Positions 39,038 to 50,547 of a DNA stretch of 64,000 nt are shown here, piece by piece; position 1 is the first letter of the stretch, and every line of letters starts with the position of its first letter. The stretch comes from Podarcis cretensis. Lineage: Eukaryota. The translations under genes and the position numbers were made by a program. Where the stretch lies: contig OX638149.1 of NCBI GenBank assembly GCA_951804945.1, positions 79,360,001-79,424,000 on the forward strand, written 5' to 3'. Under the pieces are notes generated by a model. The model made no database searches. It was given only the letters and a program-made list of their open reading frames with translations, and was not told the DNA's origin.

Positions 39038-42000
39038 CTAAGAGAAGAAAAAATTCAAGCATTTAACAGAAGACAAAGCATATGAAACGTCCAGAAAATG
39101 TGTCAGTTTTCAACTTGTATAATTGAAAAACAGTATGGATTAGGCTTTAATAGATCTCGTCCATTTAATACTGATTTTATCAACATTTTACACTGCTTTA
39201 TATAAATAAAGCACTGTTTAAATTCAGTATTCTATATGGATATTGACAGTTCTAAACAATAATGCTAATCTCTAATATCCAGTTAGTCTTATGGAATTAT
39301 CATGTTTTAATCTTCTCCATTGGTGAACAGTTAGAAATGAAACTGAAACAGAAGCTGCAAATAAGCCACATTCTTATATGACCTAATGTATAGCAGACTG
39401 TAAGAAGATAAAACCCTTTTAAATAATGTTACCTTTATCATCTGCTCCAATTTAACTGCATCAGCAGCAAACTTTCTGATTCCATCAGACAACTTCTCCA
39501 CAGCCATTTGGTCCTCATTATGGAGCCAACGGAATGTCTTCTCATCCAGATGGATCTTCTTCAGGTCAGATGCTTGAGCTGAAATGAAGAATGCACAAAG
39601 CTACTGAATCTTAGAAATCTAGCAGGCTATTTGGATAGAACAGCTCTTAATGGGTGCGGAGTCCTTTTCACAAAATCACTAAATGCTAAGACAGCAATTG
39701 CTGCTGCTCAACTTTGCACAGCACCCACAGCAATGTTTATTCTGAACTCTTACAGAAATCAACCAGCTGTACAGAGTTCATGGTATGCATTTTTGTGTTT
39801 TTATATTGCAAACTACCCTGTGATCCTCAGATGAAGTACAATATAGAAAAAAATAAAATTAATAATAATAATAATAATAATAGTGTTGTACTTTAAGCTC
39901 CACAGTAGGTTCAGCAACCTAGGTACAAGAGCAAACATGCTGATCTAAAAACTATTTTGGATATTTGATTATCAAAAAGATGAGTTGACAACAGTGCTTC
40001 TCTAATAGTTACACACAAGGCCAGAGCCTTTAGATATATTTACTCCAACTCCCATCTGCTCTTATCCAGAGAATACACTTGTTCAACAGGAGAAAGTTTA
40101 GAATAAAAGATTACAAAAAACCCCACATTCTCCATGTGAGCTCTGGGGTCTATTAGATTAAAGGTAAAGGTAAAGGTACCCCTGCCCGTACGGGCCAGTC
40201 GTGTCCGACTCTGGGGTTGCGCCCCCATTGTGCTTAAGAGGCCGGGGGCCAGTGCTGTCCGAAGACACTTCCGGGTCACGTGGCCAGCGTGACAAGCTGC
40301 ATCTGGCGAGCCAGCACAGCACACGGAACGCCGTTTACCTTCCCACTAGTAAGCGGTCCCTATTTATCTACTTGCACCCGGGGGTGCTTTCAAACTGCTA
40401 GGTTGGCAGGCACTGGGACCGAGCAACAGGAGCGCACCCCGCCGCAGGGATTCGAGACGCCGACCTGACGATCGGCAAGTCCTAGGCGCTGAGGTTTTAC
40501 CCACACCACCACCCGTGTCCCTAAATCTATTAGATTACAATCCCTCTGATGCCGGAGTCTACATGGAGCCACAGCCCCTTAAATGCTTCAAAGAAATATA
40601 CGGTGATAAGGAATACCTTAACTGATTTACCCTAGTTACAGATAGGTAGCCGTGTTTGTCTGCCATAGTCAAAACAAAATAAAAAAATTCCTTCCAGTAG
40701 CACCTTAAAGACCAACTAAGTTAGTTCTTGGTATGAGCTTTTGTGTGCATGCACACTTCTTCAGATACACTTCTTGTTCTGATTTACCCTGTTAAGGTAG
40801 AAGTCAACCCTTAAACACATGAAGGACATTGTAATGAAAAACTGTTGGATTGTCACCCTAGTTAATCATCCTTAGTAAAAATAATTTGCAAGACTATCAC
40901 ACACAATATATAAAAGAAGACAACCTACCATCTTTGACACTGAGCATCGGGGTTAGCTTGCTGGTATCTTTACTGAGCTCTCCCAGAAGCTTTGGTGAAA
41001 TGGTGAGAAAGTCACAACCAGTCAGTGCTTTGATTTCTCCAGTGTTTCGAAATGAAGCTCCCATCACAATAGTTTTATAGCCAAACTTTTTGTAGTAATG
41101 GTAGATTTTAGTGACACTTTTCACACCTATAAAAGAATATGGAGTAGGTTTTGGGTTTTTTTAAAAAAAGAATACTATGCAAAATTACTTAACCTTGAAG
41201 AAGCTCTCAGACCTCAACTCTTTAAAAAAACACCTTTCTTAGTTTTTTAAAACTAAGCATTTGGGCTTGAGTGTGTTAAAATCTTAATATGTTTGTCACA
41301 GTCAATCAATTACCTGGGTCTTCTGATGGCTCGTATGTCTTCTTGTCTGTATTTGCTACATGCCAATCCAGAATACGCCCAACAAAAGGAGAAATGAGGG
41401 TGACTCCTGCTTCTGCACAGGCAACAGCCTGAGCAAAGGAAAACAGCAAGGTCAAGTTGCAGTGGATCCCATGCTGCTCTTCAAGGACCCTGTTAAAAGA
41501 CACAGCCTTAGAAGAGAATTGCTCCCCGCACCAACTATAATTATACTGCTGGAAAAAAAGGAATAAACAATTTACTACATATATACATTTTCAAATTACT
41601 AACTTTTAGAAATTTTTGATTTGTCAGTATTTACCCCACAAAAAACAACCTCCAGCTCTGACAATCTAGTTTCATATCAGAAACTGAATTACAGGTGTTT
41701 CAGTCTGGATAGGAGCAGGCACCTGAAAATAAGAGGTGACTGCTTAGTATTAGATTATATTGCATCTATACTGCATTAACACATAACGTACAAACTTACT
41801 TGGCAGCCTGAATGCCCTCCCATGTTGATGACAGCTTGATGAGGATGCGATCTTTACTAATTCCTGCTTCTTTATAAAGATCTATGAAGTGTCTGGCCTT
41901 CTTCACCATGCCTTCCTTGTCAAAAGACAACCTTTAAACCAAAGAATTTTTTAAAAATGTGCAAGCATTCATCTTTGTTTTTTTGTTTTGTTTTTAGTTT

Positions 42001-45000
42001 ACTGTATAGTATTTCTCCATTAATCATGGGTAGTAGGTAGAAAATCATTTGGCATTAATGTGTTTAAGCTTGAAGTGTTACAAATCTATTGGTTTGTATT
42101 TATGTGGAGAGGAGACCTTAGCGCATAACTGGACTTGTGACCAGGTTCTTGTTAAAAGTTTTGTTATTTTGGAAAAAGAAACAAATGGTGCCTCTTTGAA
42201 TTTTCTGGGATTTCCTCTGTCCAGCTAAACAGAACTTTTAACACAAAAATACTGAGCAGAATAATTTGTCAAGTCAGCACTTACCCTTATGTGGCAATGT
42301 CTATTTCGCTGTTTATACCCATGTTAGGAGCACATCTTTACAATGTGTGTACTCATGGCAATATGGTGTGCAGGCACCTTTCTACTAATTCTAGTATGTA
42401 TGTATGTATGTATGTATTAAATTACACCCCCGCTTTCCTAAAAATAAAAGTGGCTAGCATAATAAAAGCAAAACAAAAAATTAAACACATATTCTATAAA
42501 AGTAATAACATAAATAAGATCACCAACATAAATAACAAACAGCTTAGGACAGGGCTGGCAAGCATCTTATTCACAAAGGCCTTTCTTTAAAAAACACCTC
42601 CAAGAGCTTCACCACACGGCAGAAGATCATGGTGGTGGTGAAGGCATGAGCGAGAACTCCAGAGCTTAGGCATGATTACCGAGACGGCCCTCCTCCCATT
42701 AGTCCCAACAAGGAATTATGCCAAGATTGATTACACAAGAGGGCCTCAGCTGAGGAACTGATGAGCAGCCGGGTTCCTTTATTTTAAGGCAGAGACCTAG
42801 AAGGCAATTCAGGAGACACATACCTTGCATCTACTTCTGTGGACACACGGCCAGGTATCCTCTTCAGTATTTCTGCCCCAAACAATATAAAAAGCTTGTC
42901 ACAAGCATTTTTAACTTGGTCATCTTCTGACCTGGAAATAAACGATCACAAGAGAGAATAATGAATATCCAGGGAAGAGAATGATTATGTGATGATAATG
43001 TCCCCCAAAAAATGGCCACAGCTCAATTGGGAATGGCTAATTGTTTGAACTATGGTTTAGTCTTGGTTTCTGATAGCCATAACCTTTTCTTGGAGGGAGA
43101 TGACATGCCGTTAAATTACAATACAGGAGGGCCACAAGAAAATACACAATGGTACCATCATGAGGGGTCATGGCTGCCAAGTCTGAATATGAATACACTT
43201 AGCCACCATGTTCCCTTTGACAGAATACTAATGGACTTACCCGCCAAGTTTCCTCCCATATGCAATAGCATCTTCCACCAGTTGCTGGTAGGATGGCATC
43301 TGGGCTGCAGCAAGTATCAAAGAAGGGTTGGTGGTGGCATCCAGAGGCTTATACTCCTCAATAGCTATGGGAGACAAAAGCAGTCAGGAAAAAAAACCTG
43401 GTTGGCTAGCATGACAATAATTTGTTTTAAAGATGGGATAGGGTGGAATAAACTTAGCTAATTTGCTATTCCAGAAGCATAATCTTGTTAATAACAATTA
43501 AGCAGATGCCAAGTTTGGGAATCAATTAGTCAGATTGCTGTTCAAAGCGTGACTGAACCCCACAGTGACTAAGAATTGGAAGCTTAGTTCTCAAATGGCA
43601 AACATGAGCTGTACCACTTTTAGACTGCAGGTACGGCATCATAAAAGGGACGCAGGTGGCGCTGTGGGTTAAAGCCTCAGCGCCTAGGGCTTGCCGATCG
43701 AAAGGTCGGCGGTTCGAATCCCTGCGGCGGGGTGCGCTCCCGCTGCTCGGTCCCAGCGCCTGCCAACCTAGCAGTTCGAAAGCACCTCCGGGTGCAAGTA
43801 GATAAATAGGGACCGCTTACCAGCGGGAAGGTAAACGGCGTTTCTGTGTGCGGCTCTGGCTCGCCAGAGCAGCGATGTCACGCTGGCCACGTGACCCGGA
43901 AGTGTCTCCGGACAGCGCTGGCCCCTGGCCTCTTAAGTGAGATGGGCGCACAACCCCAGAGTCTGTCAAGACTGGCCCGTACGGGCAGGGGTTCCTTTAC
44001 CTTTACCTTTAGGGCATCATATGCCAGAATGCTTCTCCATACAAAAAACATAGCATGACTTCAAATTCTATGCCTTGTTCAGGACAGTTTGGTATACCAG
44101 TCTAAAGGCACAACCCTGACTCCCAAATACACCAGCTAGGATAAGTTAGGATGTGGTGTATCTCCCTAGGCCCCAGCTGAGCTGGTGTAAATAATTCACT
44201 TTGGTGTAAATACTTGCACCAGGCAGAGGGAAAGCCCTGCTAGCATAGGTCTTGAAAATATCAAAGACAATAGTGAGGTGTGTGTCAAAGGCACAGGATG
44301 GACAAAGAGGGAAGAGGAATGAACAAAGTTCTGTTGCTCCATCCCTTCAGTGGTCCTGCCCACAGGAAACAGGTGGCGCTGTGGTCTAAACCGCTGAGCT
44401 TCTTGGGCTTGCTGATTGGATTACCTGTGACGGGATGAGCTCCCATTGCTCTGTCCCGGCTCCTGACAGCCTAGCAGTTCAAAAGCACACCAGTGCAAGG
44501 AGATAAATAGGTACCACTGTAACGGGAAGGTGAATGGCATTTCTGTGCACTCTGGCTTCTGTCACGGTCCTCCGTGCACCAGTAGCTGTTTAGTCATGCT
44601 GGCCACATGACCCGGAAAGCTGTCTGTGGACAAACGCTGGCTCTCTTGGCTTGAAAGAGAGGTGAGCTCTGCACCCCATAGTTGCCTTTGACTGGACTTA
44701 ACCATCCTTTTTACCTTACCTGCCCACAGAACTCATGCAATTTACACACAGGTATAACGAACTTCATATTCGCCACATAGGAACCAACGTAAGGACAGAA
44801 AATGAAGGTTTATACTGTTTCCCTACCATCTTGTCTCCCCCTAGCAAGGACCAGTTAACTTACGTAAGAGATACAGCCAGTATATCAGATGTGTGTCATT
44901 CATTACCTAGAGTACTTGGTTAGGTCTATTCTTCCCAACTGGCATCTATGGAATTATTAGTTTTAGCACAATTTTGTTAATGATCACCATTTGTTCAGAA

Positions 45001-48000
45001 CATAGAGAAAGCAGTTGGGCTAGTGCTTAGATATTTTTCTCTTAAGCATTTGGATATGAACATCCTTGAGAATCAAAATTAAGACCAACAATGAAGAAGT
45101 CAAAGTTATGCAAACTACTCAGTTTATGAACTTCCTTATTTTTGAAGAATGAGGAAGTATTACTTCCTTCATCTCCTCTTCCCCTACCTTAATACTGCAT
45201 GCCATTTCCCATTTTCTGTAATATTTTATCACTCACAAATCCAGAATTCTGGCTTATACTGCATATTAGTATGCACTTTATAGTATGTAATCCCTCAGAC
45301 ATGTGAATGTAGAATCTAAATGCTTGATCCAACTCCTTAAATCAAGGAACAAAAATGCTTACTCATTGCAAGCTAAAGTAAACAATGTTCCACCCACTAT
45401 TCATACCTCTTTGTAGCATTTCAGTTTTATTTCAGACAATAGTTATGCAGCACAACACCCAAGATTAACAAAGCAAAGTTGAACTTCGATTTTTGAAGAG
45501 CTAATCCATTTTAAAGCAGAAGGGTCTTATAATTTAGATATGGAACAACTTCAGTCTTGTGCAGTTAATGATCTGATTTCCATCACACTAAGTCAGAGGT
45601 CACCCACATTTTTTGGACTAGTGGGCACACTGTGAATTTGGAGAATGTGCTGGGAGCACCAGTCACAAAATGAGCCACTGCACTAAGACAACCTTTGGAC
45701 AGCTTGACCCAGCAGCAAAAAGGACCAGAGGAGTGAAGTGGCTGTAAGTTCCTCTCCAGGATCCAACACACTCATGTACTTGGCCTGAGCCATGATGTGA
45801 CACAGCACAACATGTAAACCAAGCCAGTGAAGCCACTACATAGTAATTGAATCCCTGTGGGCTACCACAATATTTTGAATGTATAAAGCAGGAGTGTATT
45901 CTTACAACCCGTTTACAAAAGAAAGTTCTATACAGTACAAGAAACCCAGCTAAAACTTTGCCACTGGTCCATTACTGGATCACAGTTTACCTTCTACCCA
46001 ACCCTCTTATTGTTGTTCATCTATGTGAAAGGAACGGTATACAGAAAAATGGTCTATAGATTTCCTAAATACTAGCTCAAGTGTTTACTTTTAATGAATA
46101 AAGTAGAGAACTATGTGAAGTTTGATGGGTCTCCTAGAGTATGTAAAGCACAACTTCGAAGACACCCCCTTCCTCTCCCAAGTCAGGTAAGAATGTACAA
46201 GTCCTGAACCGATACCTGGCTAGATGGGGGCCAGTAACTAGAAGCTGAATCCTTACAAGACAAAGATTCCATGGCTGGGTGGCTTCCAGGTGCAGGAAAC
46301 AGGCAGACTGGATGGGGTTGCACTCCGCTAAAAAAGTAGATGCATAGTCTCACGGTGCTTGTAGAACCATCATTGATGGAGACCCAAGTGCCCCCCAAAG
46401 CCAGCAACCTTTTACCAACTTTTGACTGATGCACCAGCTATGGCCACATGCTGGTAAGCTCAAGGATGGATAACTGTAACATGCTCTGTATGCAGCTGTT
46501 CCTTAAACTGGTGAAACCATTTTGAAAATCTGAAGGCAACAACACACTTACTAGAAGGATGTTGTTTCACATGTGAAACTACAGCTGGGTGTAACTGAAG
46601 GAGAGTCATTGTAATCTGAAATGCCTTTGCACTGATAATCATCTCCAAATTACCCTAAGGACATGCCAGTTTTCTCGCCAAAGTTGCACAAGAGGCATCA
46701 CAATAATGCAATATGTCCATCAACCTTTGTGACATTCTTAGCTATGTTATGCAACATTTACTGGATGAACACAGCAGCCCTCAAGCACAAAATTAGTTTT
46801 CTGTGATTGACAAATAAGTTACGGTACCCTCACCAGAAAGAGGCTATACACAATTCTGCCCATTTTGGAAGTGAGTTATTTGACAAGGCTAATTTCAATA
46901 TCCCTGACACTATTACATATTCAGTAGCAATGCAGGTCTAGTTTTGTTTCTGCACCTTAAGCCACTTCCTTCCCTTTCCATAATGCTTCAAATTTGAAAA
47001 TATATTGTGAAACGTTTCTTATTCGTTATAATGAAACTTTAACAAATTACAACACAGGGAATCTCCTGTCCCAAAATTTCTTATTCATAATTTTCAGGAT
47101 TTTCTCCCTTCTGCATTTGCCAACTCAGTAATCATTAGAAGGATGCAGTAACCTGTTCAGTAGCAGAATATTTCAATGTCTTTCATAAGACTATTTACAA
47201 AATACACCTTGTCTGTTTAGCAGAGCTTTTATTTTGGGCTGTGCTTACTTGCTATAAAAAAGGCAAGGCTGCATTTAAGCAATTTAAATTCTGAATCAAG
47301 AAATGTTGCATTTGGCAAACAGTTCTAATTTCTATACAGCCAAGTGGTGGAATGCATACAACTCTGCCTTCAGTTATAGGATGCATTCAGATTAACTTCA
47401 TTAAAAAACTTATTTCATTACTGAAGCAATTTTTATCAGAAACTATATTTTCTGTTAATGAACAGCATACTTCATTACAACAGGCAAGAACTGAGTTGGG
47501 ATTTCCAGAAGGTCATAGTGAGTTCTGGACCAAGAACCTGCATCACAGCATCCTAGTACTACCTACAATTCATTGACTTCATGATTCAATTCAAGCAACA
47601 GGCTTTAACTTTTAGACTTGGAGCTGGTGCCCAGTGTACCTTGGCTATGAGTGTTCCCCGAAAAAGGGAAGTAATTATTAAACTGTGGCCCAGCGTGTCG
47701 CCACTAGAGAAGAAAGGATTATATCCAAGCAAGTTGTTCTTAACAGTAGTCCTACTGAAATCATTGGCTCTTTTACTATGTTGCTAGCTTTGGCTACTTT
47801 TAAAAATATTTTAGTTATACTGCATTGCTCTTCGACATAATTCAGTTTAGCAGAAATTAAATGAAGATCTTGGCTCAACAACTGCTTCCTCCACGCTCAA
47901 GAGCTAAACTGGGTCTATGGATTGCCTGCTTCCAACAATCTGAAAGCTGCAACAGCACCTACTAAACGCATGTACAAGCCTTCTGTAAGCGAGTCCATTT

Positions 48001-48661
48001 CTGATGTGCATGAAGTTTGCAAGAACCGAAATAAATCCAAGCACGCGCGCACCACCTCTAACTTTGACTCTGCCGTCTCGGGTTGGGCAGCTATGGCAGC
48101 AACCACCGAACAACTAATATGCTCCTAAACAAATGATCGAAGGCACGCGGCAGACTATGGGAGGCAGGGAGCAAACCCGAAAGGGAAGCAGCAGCTGAAC
48201 CTATGCCCTTTCCACGACCCTTTGAGAAGCAGCGGCCCGGCGTTGTTGCCTCCTCCCCACGGAAGCAGCGCCGCCGGCTTGGCCAAGAAAGCCTCGTTAA
48301 TCCAATTTGCTTCAGCTGCGTCTCCCCTTCCCGCCCGACGCCATTAGCCGGTTTCCCAGCACCCGAGGCGGAACTCTTGCACCCAGCTGCCAAAGAAGCA
48401 GAGCGAGACCCGGCGCGTCTGCGCGGGACCGACGGCCATCGCCGCGCACGCGGCTCCTCGGAGGCATGGAAGCTGCTGAAGCAGCCGGGAGCGCGGCGCT
48501 TGGAGCCTCAGAGACCCCGCTGGCTCAGCCGGCGCCGCCCCCTCCTCCCTCTCGCCGCCCTCACCGTGGAAGTCCCCTGTGTCAGCCACCACGGTGGTGT
48601 GCTGCTTGAGCTGCTCCAAGGCCGACTCCATCTTCTGCCTCTTCACTGGGGAAACCGACAT
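39005..48661 (-). CDS. TALDO1: Transaldolase, 337 aa
   Basis: complement(join(39005-39037,39433-39578,40929-41126,41314-41489,41800-41931,42824-42931,43241-43364,48565-48661)) = 1014 nt; motifs [41 protein letters not shown] (Schiff-base Lys), [15 protein letters not shown]. Confidence 0.98.
39433..39578 (-). CDS. TALDO1: TALDO1 exon 7
   Basis: [49 protein letters not shown]. Confidence 0.97.
40161..40521 (-). mobile_element. Sauria SINE, full length, TALDO1 intron 6
   Basis: Reverse-complement homologue of the 32775 copy; TSD TCTATTAGATTA at 40149-40160 and 40526-40537. Confidence 0.93.
40634..40778 (-). mobile_element. Penelope-like pseudo-LTR fragment with a minimal hammerhead remnant
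   Basis: 12-bp flanking duplication CTGATTTACCCT (40622-40633, 40779-40790); near-identical 80-nt copy at 54505-54586; CTGAAGA-palindrome-(G>A)AAA-GCTC on minus. Confidence 0.75.
40929..41126 (-). CDS. TALDO1: TALDO1 exon 6
   Basis: [48 protein letters not shown]...SVKD. Confidence 0.97.
41314..41489 (-). CDS. TALDO1: TALDO1 exon 5
   Basis: [43 protein letters not shown]...EDP. Confidence 0.97.
41800..41931 (-). CDS. TALDO1: TALDO1 exon 4
   Basis: [43 protein letters not shown]. Confidence 0.97.
42395..42770 (-). mobile_element. Old L2-like fragment with (ATGT)n tail
   Basis: Tetranucleotide tail plus ACCCCCGCTTTCC; by eye. Confidence 0.4.
42824..42931 (-). CDS. TALDO1: TALDO1 exon 3
   Basis: [35 protein letters not shown]. 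Confidence 0.97.
43241..43364 (-). CDS. TALDO1: TALDO1 exon 2
   Basis: [41 protein letters not shown]. Confidence 0.97.
43647..44010 (+). mobile_element. Young Sauria SINE, TALDO1 intron 1
   Basis: Intact A box and B box GGTTCGAATCCC, CpG-rich, ACCTTT tail, TSD GGCATCATA. Confidence 0.94.
44366..44718 (+). mobile_element. Older Sauria SINE subfamily copy
   Basis: Diverged homologue; TSD CCTGCCCACAG (44355-44365, 44719-44729). Confidence 0.88.
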
Positions 48662-49300
48662 GGTCCACCTGCGCCTCGCGAGACCCTTTATATATTGTGC
48701 GCCCTTCGACGGAAGCGTTGGCAAGGGGCGCGCGCACTTCTTCCGCCCTTCCTCTCTCGCGGCACTCGAGGGCTGCGCGTGACAGGCGGCGCCCGAGGCG
48801 GCTTCTGCGTGCGGGGGCTACAGGCAGGGGCGGGGTCAAGAAGAGGCGCCTGCGCCTGCGCCGCGGCCGAACGGGTTTCTCCCATTCTCTTCAGCCCGCC
48901 TCCTCGAGAAGAGAGAACCAACTAACTCGGGAAGAAGTTGCGCAGAAGGGCTCGAGTGGGAAGCGCGGGCGGGAGAGCGAGAGACCGGGCGGCATTGCTT
49001 CAAGGTCTGCAGCCAATCGCGGGCAGCGGCTGACCGTAGGACGAGCGAATGGAGGCCGCGTGAGGAGAGGGAAGCAACCAATCGCAGGAGGGGGAGGCGG
49101 CGGCGGCGGAGAATGGAAAAAGCGGCTGCTCTCTCTCTCTCTGTGGTTTCGTCTGGGACACGTGAAGGCTCACAGCGTTCAAAAGTAGTTAAAGGTGGTG
49201 GAAGGTGGTGGATGATCTGACAGCGTAGCTCGTGGAGTGCTCGCCTTCTTTTTCTCCTGCGACGGCCTGATCGCGGCTCACTTGTAGCATGCGCCACACC
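48040..49300. promoter_or_regulatory. TALDO1: CpG island / TALDO1 promoter: TATA (48686-48694, minus), CTCGCGAGA motif (48675-48683), GC box, NRF1-like GCGCCTGCGC repeats (about 48846-48862), CCAAT boxes (about 49013, 49078)
   Basis: High CpG density around exon 1; motifs read directly. Confidence 0.9.
48565..48661 (-). CDS. TALDO1: TALDO1 coding exon 1
   Basis: [32 protein letters not shown]; donor G|GTGAG. Confidence 0.97.
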
Positions 49301-49375
49301 CACCCACACCTAGAATACTGTATCATGAATTATTTAGGGTAACTTCGGAATTAAAATAAATAATACGAAGCCTGT

Positions 49376-49738
49376 GGGACGCAGGTGGCGCTGTGGGTTA
49401 AAGCCTCAGCGCCTAGGGCTTGCCGATCGAAAGGTCGGCGGTTCGAATCCCTGCGGCGGGGTGCGCTCCCGCTGCTCGGTCCCAGCGCCTGCCAACCTAG
49501 CAGTTCGAAAGCACCTCCGGGTGCAAGTAGATAAATAGGGACCGCTTACCAGCGGGAAGGTAAACGGCGTTTCCGTGTGCGGCTCTGGCTTGCCAGAGCA
49601 GCTTCGTCACGCTGGCCACGTGACCCGGAAGTGTCTCCGGACAGCGCTGGCCCCTGGCCTCTTAAGTGAGATGGGCGCACAACCCCAGAGTCTGTCAAGA
49701 CTGGCCCGTACGGGCAGGGGTACCTTTACCTTTACCTT
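49376..49738 (+). mobile_element. Young Sauria SINE upstream of TALDO1
   Basis: About 6 mismatches to the 43647 copy; 14-bp TSD TAATACGAAGCCTG (49361-49374, 49739-49752). Confidence 0.94.
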
Positions 49739-49877
49739 TAATACGAAGCCTGAGAGAGAGTCTTATGAAGCTTGCTAATAGTCCTAGGCATTTAAAAAAA
49801 TAAACATACATTAAAACTTAATTTTCAAGCCCTTTTCACTGCAAAATCATGAATTATCTTCTAAAGCCAATTTCTCT

Positions 49878-50547
49878 TGTTGTAAACAAAAATTGCCCTT
49901 TTCCCTTATGGGGTATCCAAGAGCCCATATAGAGTCCTTACATAGGTTCCCTATTGGTAGGAGAAAATAACAGAGGCCAACCAGAGAATATTGAGAAGCG
50001 AAGCAGCTAGTAAGCTTGATCTTTATTGATCTGTTGCAACAGGGTGCTCCCCTCACACACAGGAGAGGAGGAGGACCCAGAAAAATGGTGTGCAAGGCCT
50101 TATAAAGACTTTTGAAATTGCCACCCTGTAGATCAAGACCACCCCCAGAAACATACATACATACATCACAGAAGAAGTGTAACCTAAGACCACCCCTCAG
50201 ATATATCATACCTACATCACAGAAATTTAAAAGTTGTTTTTCTCTTGTCCTTGATTATCTCCTGTCTGGCAGGTTACTTGATTGGATTTCCTGGGTAGCC
50301 TGGCCAGTCTTTTGTAATGATAAATACTTAGTTCCTGGGCCAGGTCACAGGCTCACACCCTATTCAAACACAGACAGGATTTGTGAAAGAAAAGACAATG
50401 GGGAGGCTTTTCCATTTTGACCTTGCAGAGAAAAGATTTGGTCAGTTTAGGAATCAAAATGGTTCCAGGTTGGCCTTCCTGTGCTGATCTATGTATGTGC
50501 TTGGTTGGCACACCCACGAACACCACCATATTTCCAAGACCACAACA
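49878..50547 (-). mobile_element. Solo LTR (ERV-like), about 670 bp
   Basis: TGTTGT...ACAACA termini; U3-type direct repeats at 50135-50173 and 50186-50224; TATA-like site about 50100-50106 then AATAAA 50022-50027 on minus; TSD imperfect. Confidence 0.7.

Noticed and set aside
43012-43461. 149-aa plus-strand ORF
   Set aside because: Antisense to TALDO1 exon 2; no recognisable homology
48091-49309. Long ORFs (100-240 aa) at the TALDO1 island
   Set aside because: Same CpG-island artefact; only 48565-48661 matches transaldolase
32775-49738. tRNA-like heads and repeated HVTRKCL...GRGTFTFTF peptides
   Set aside because: These are Sauria SINE copies, not tRNA genes or a protein family
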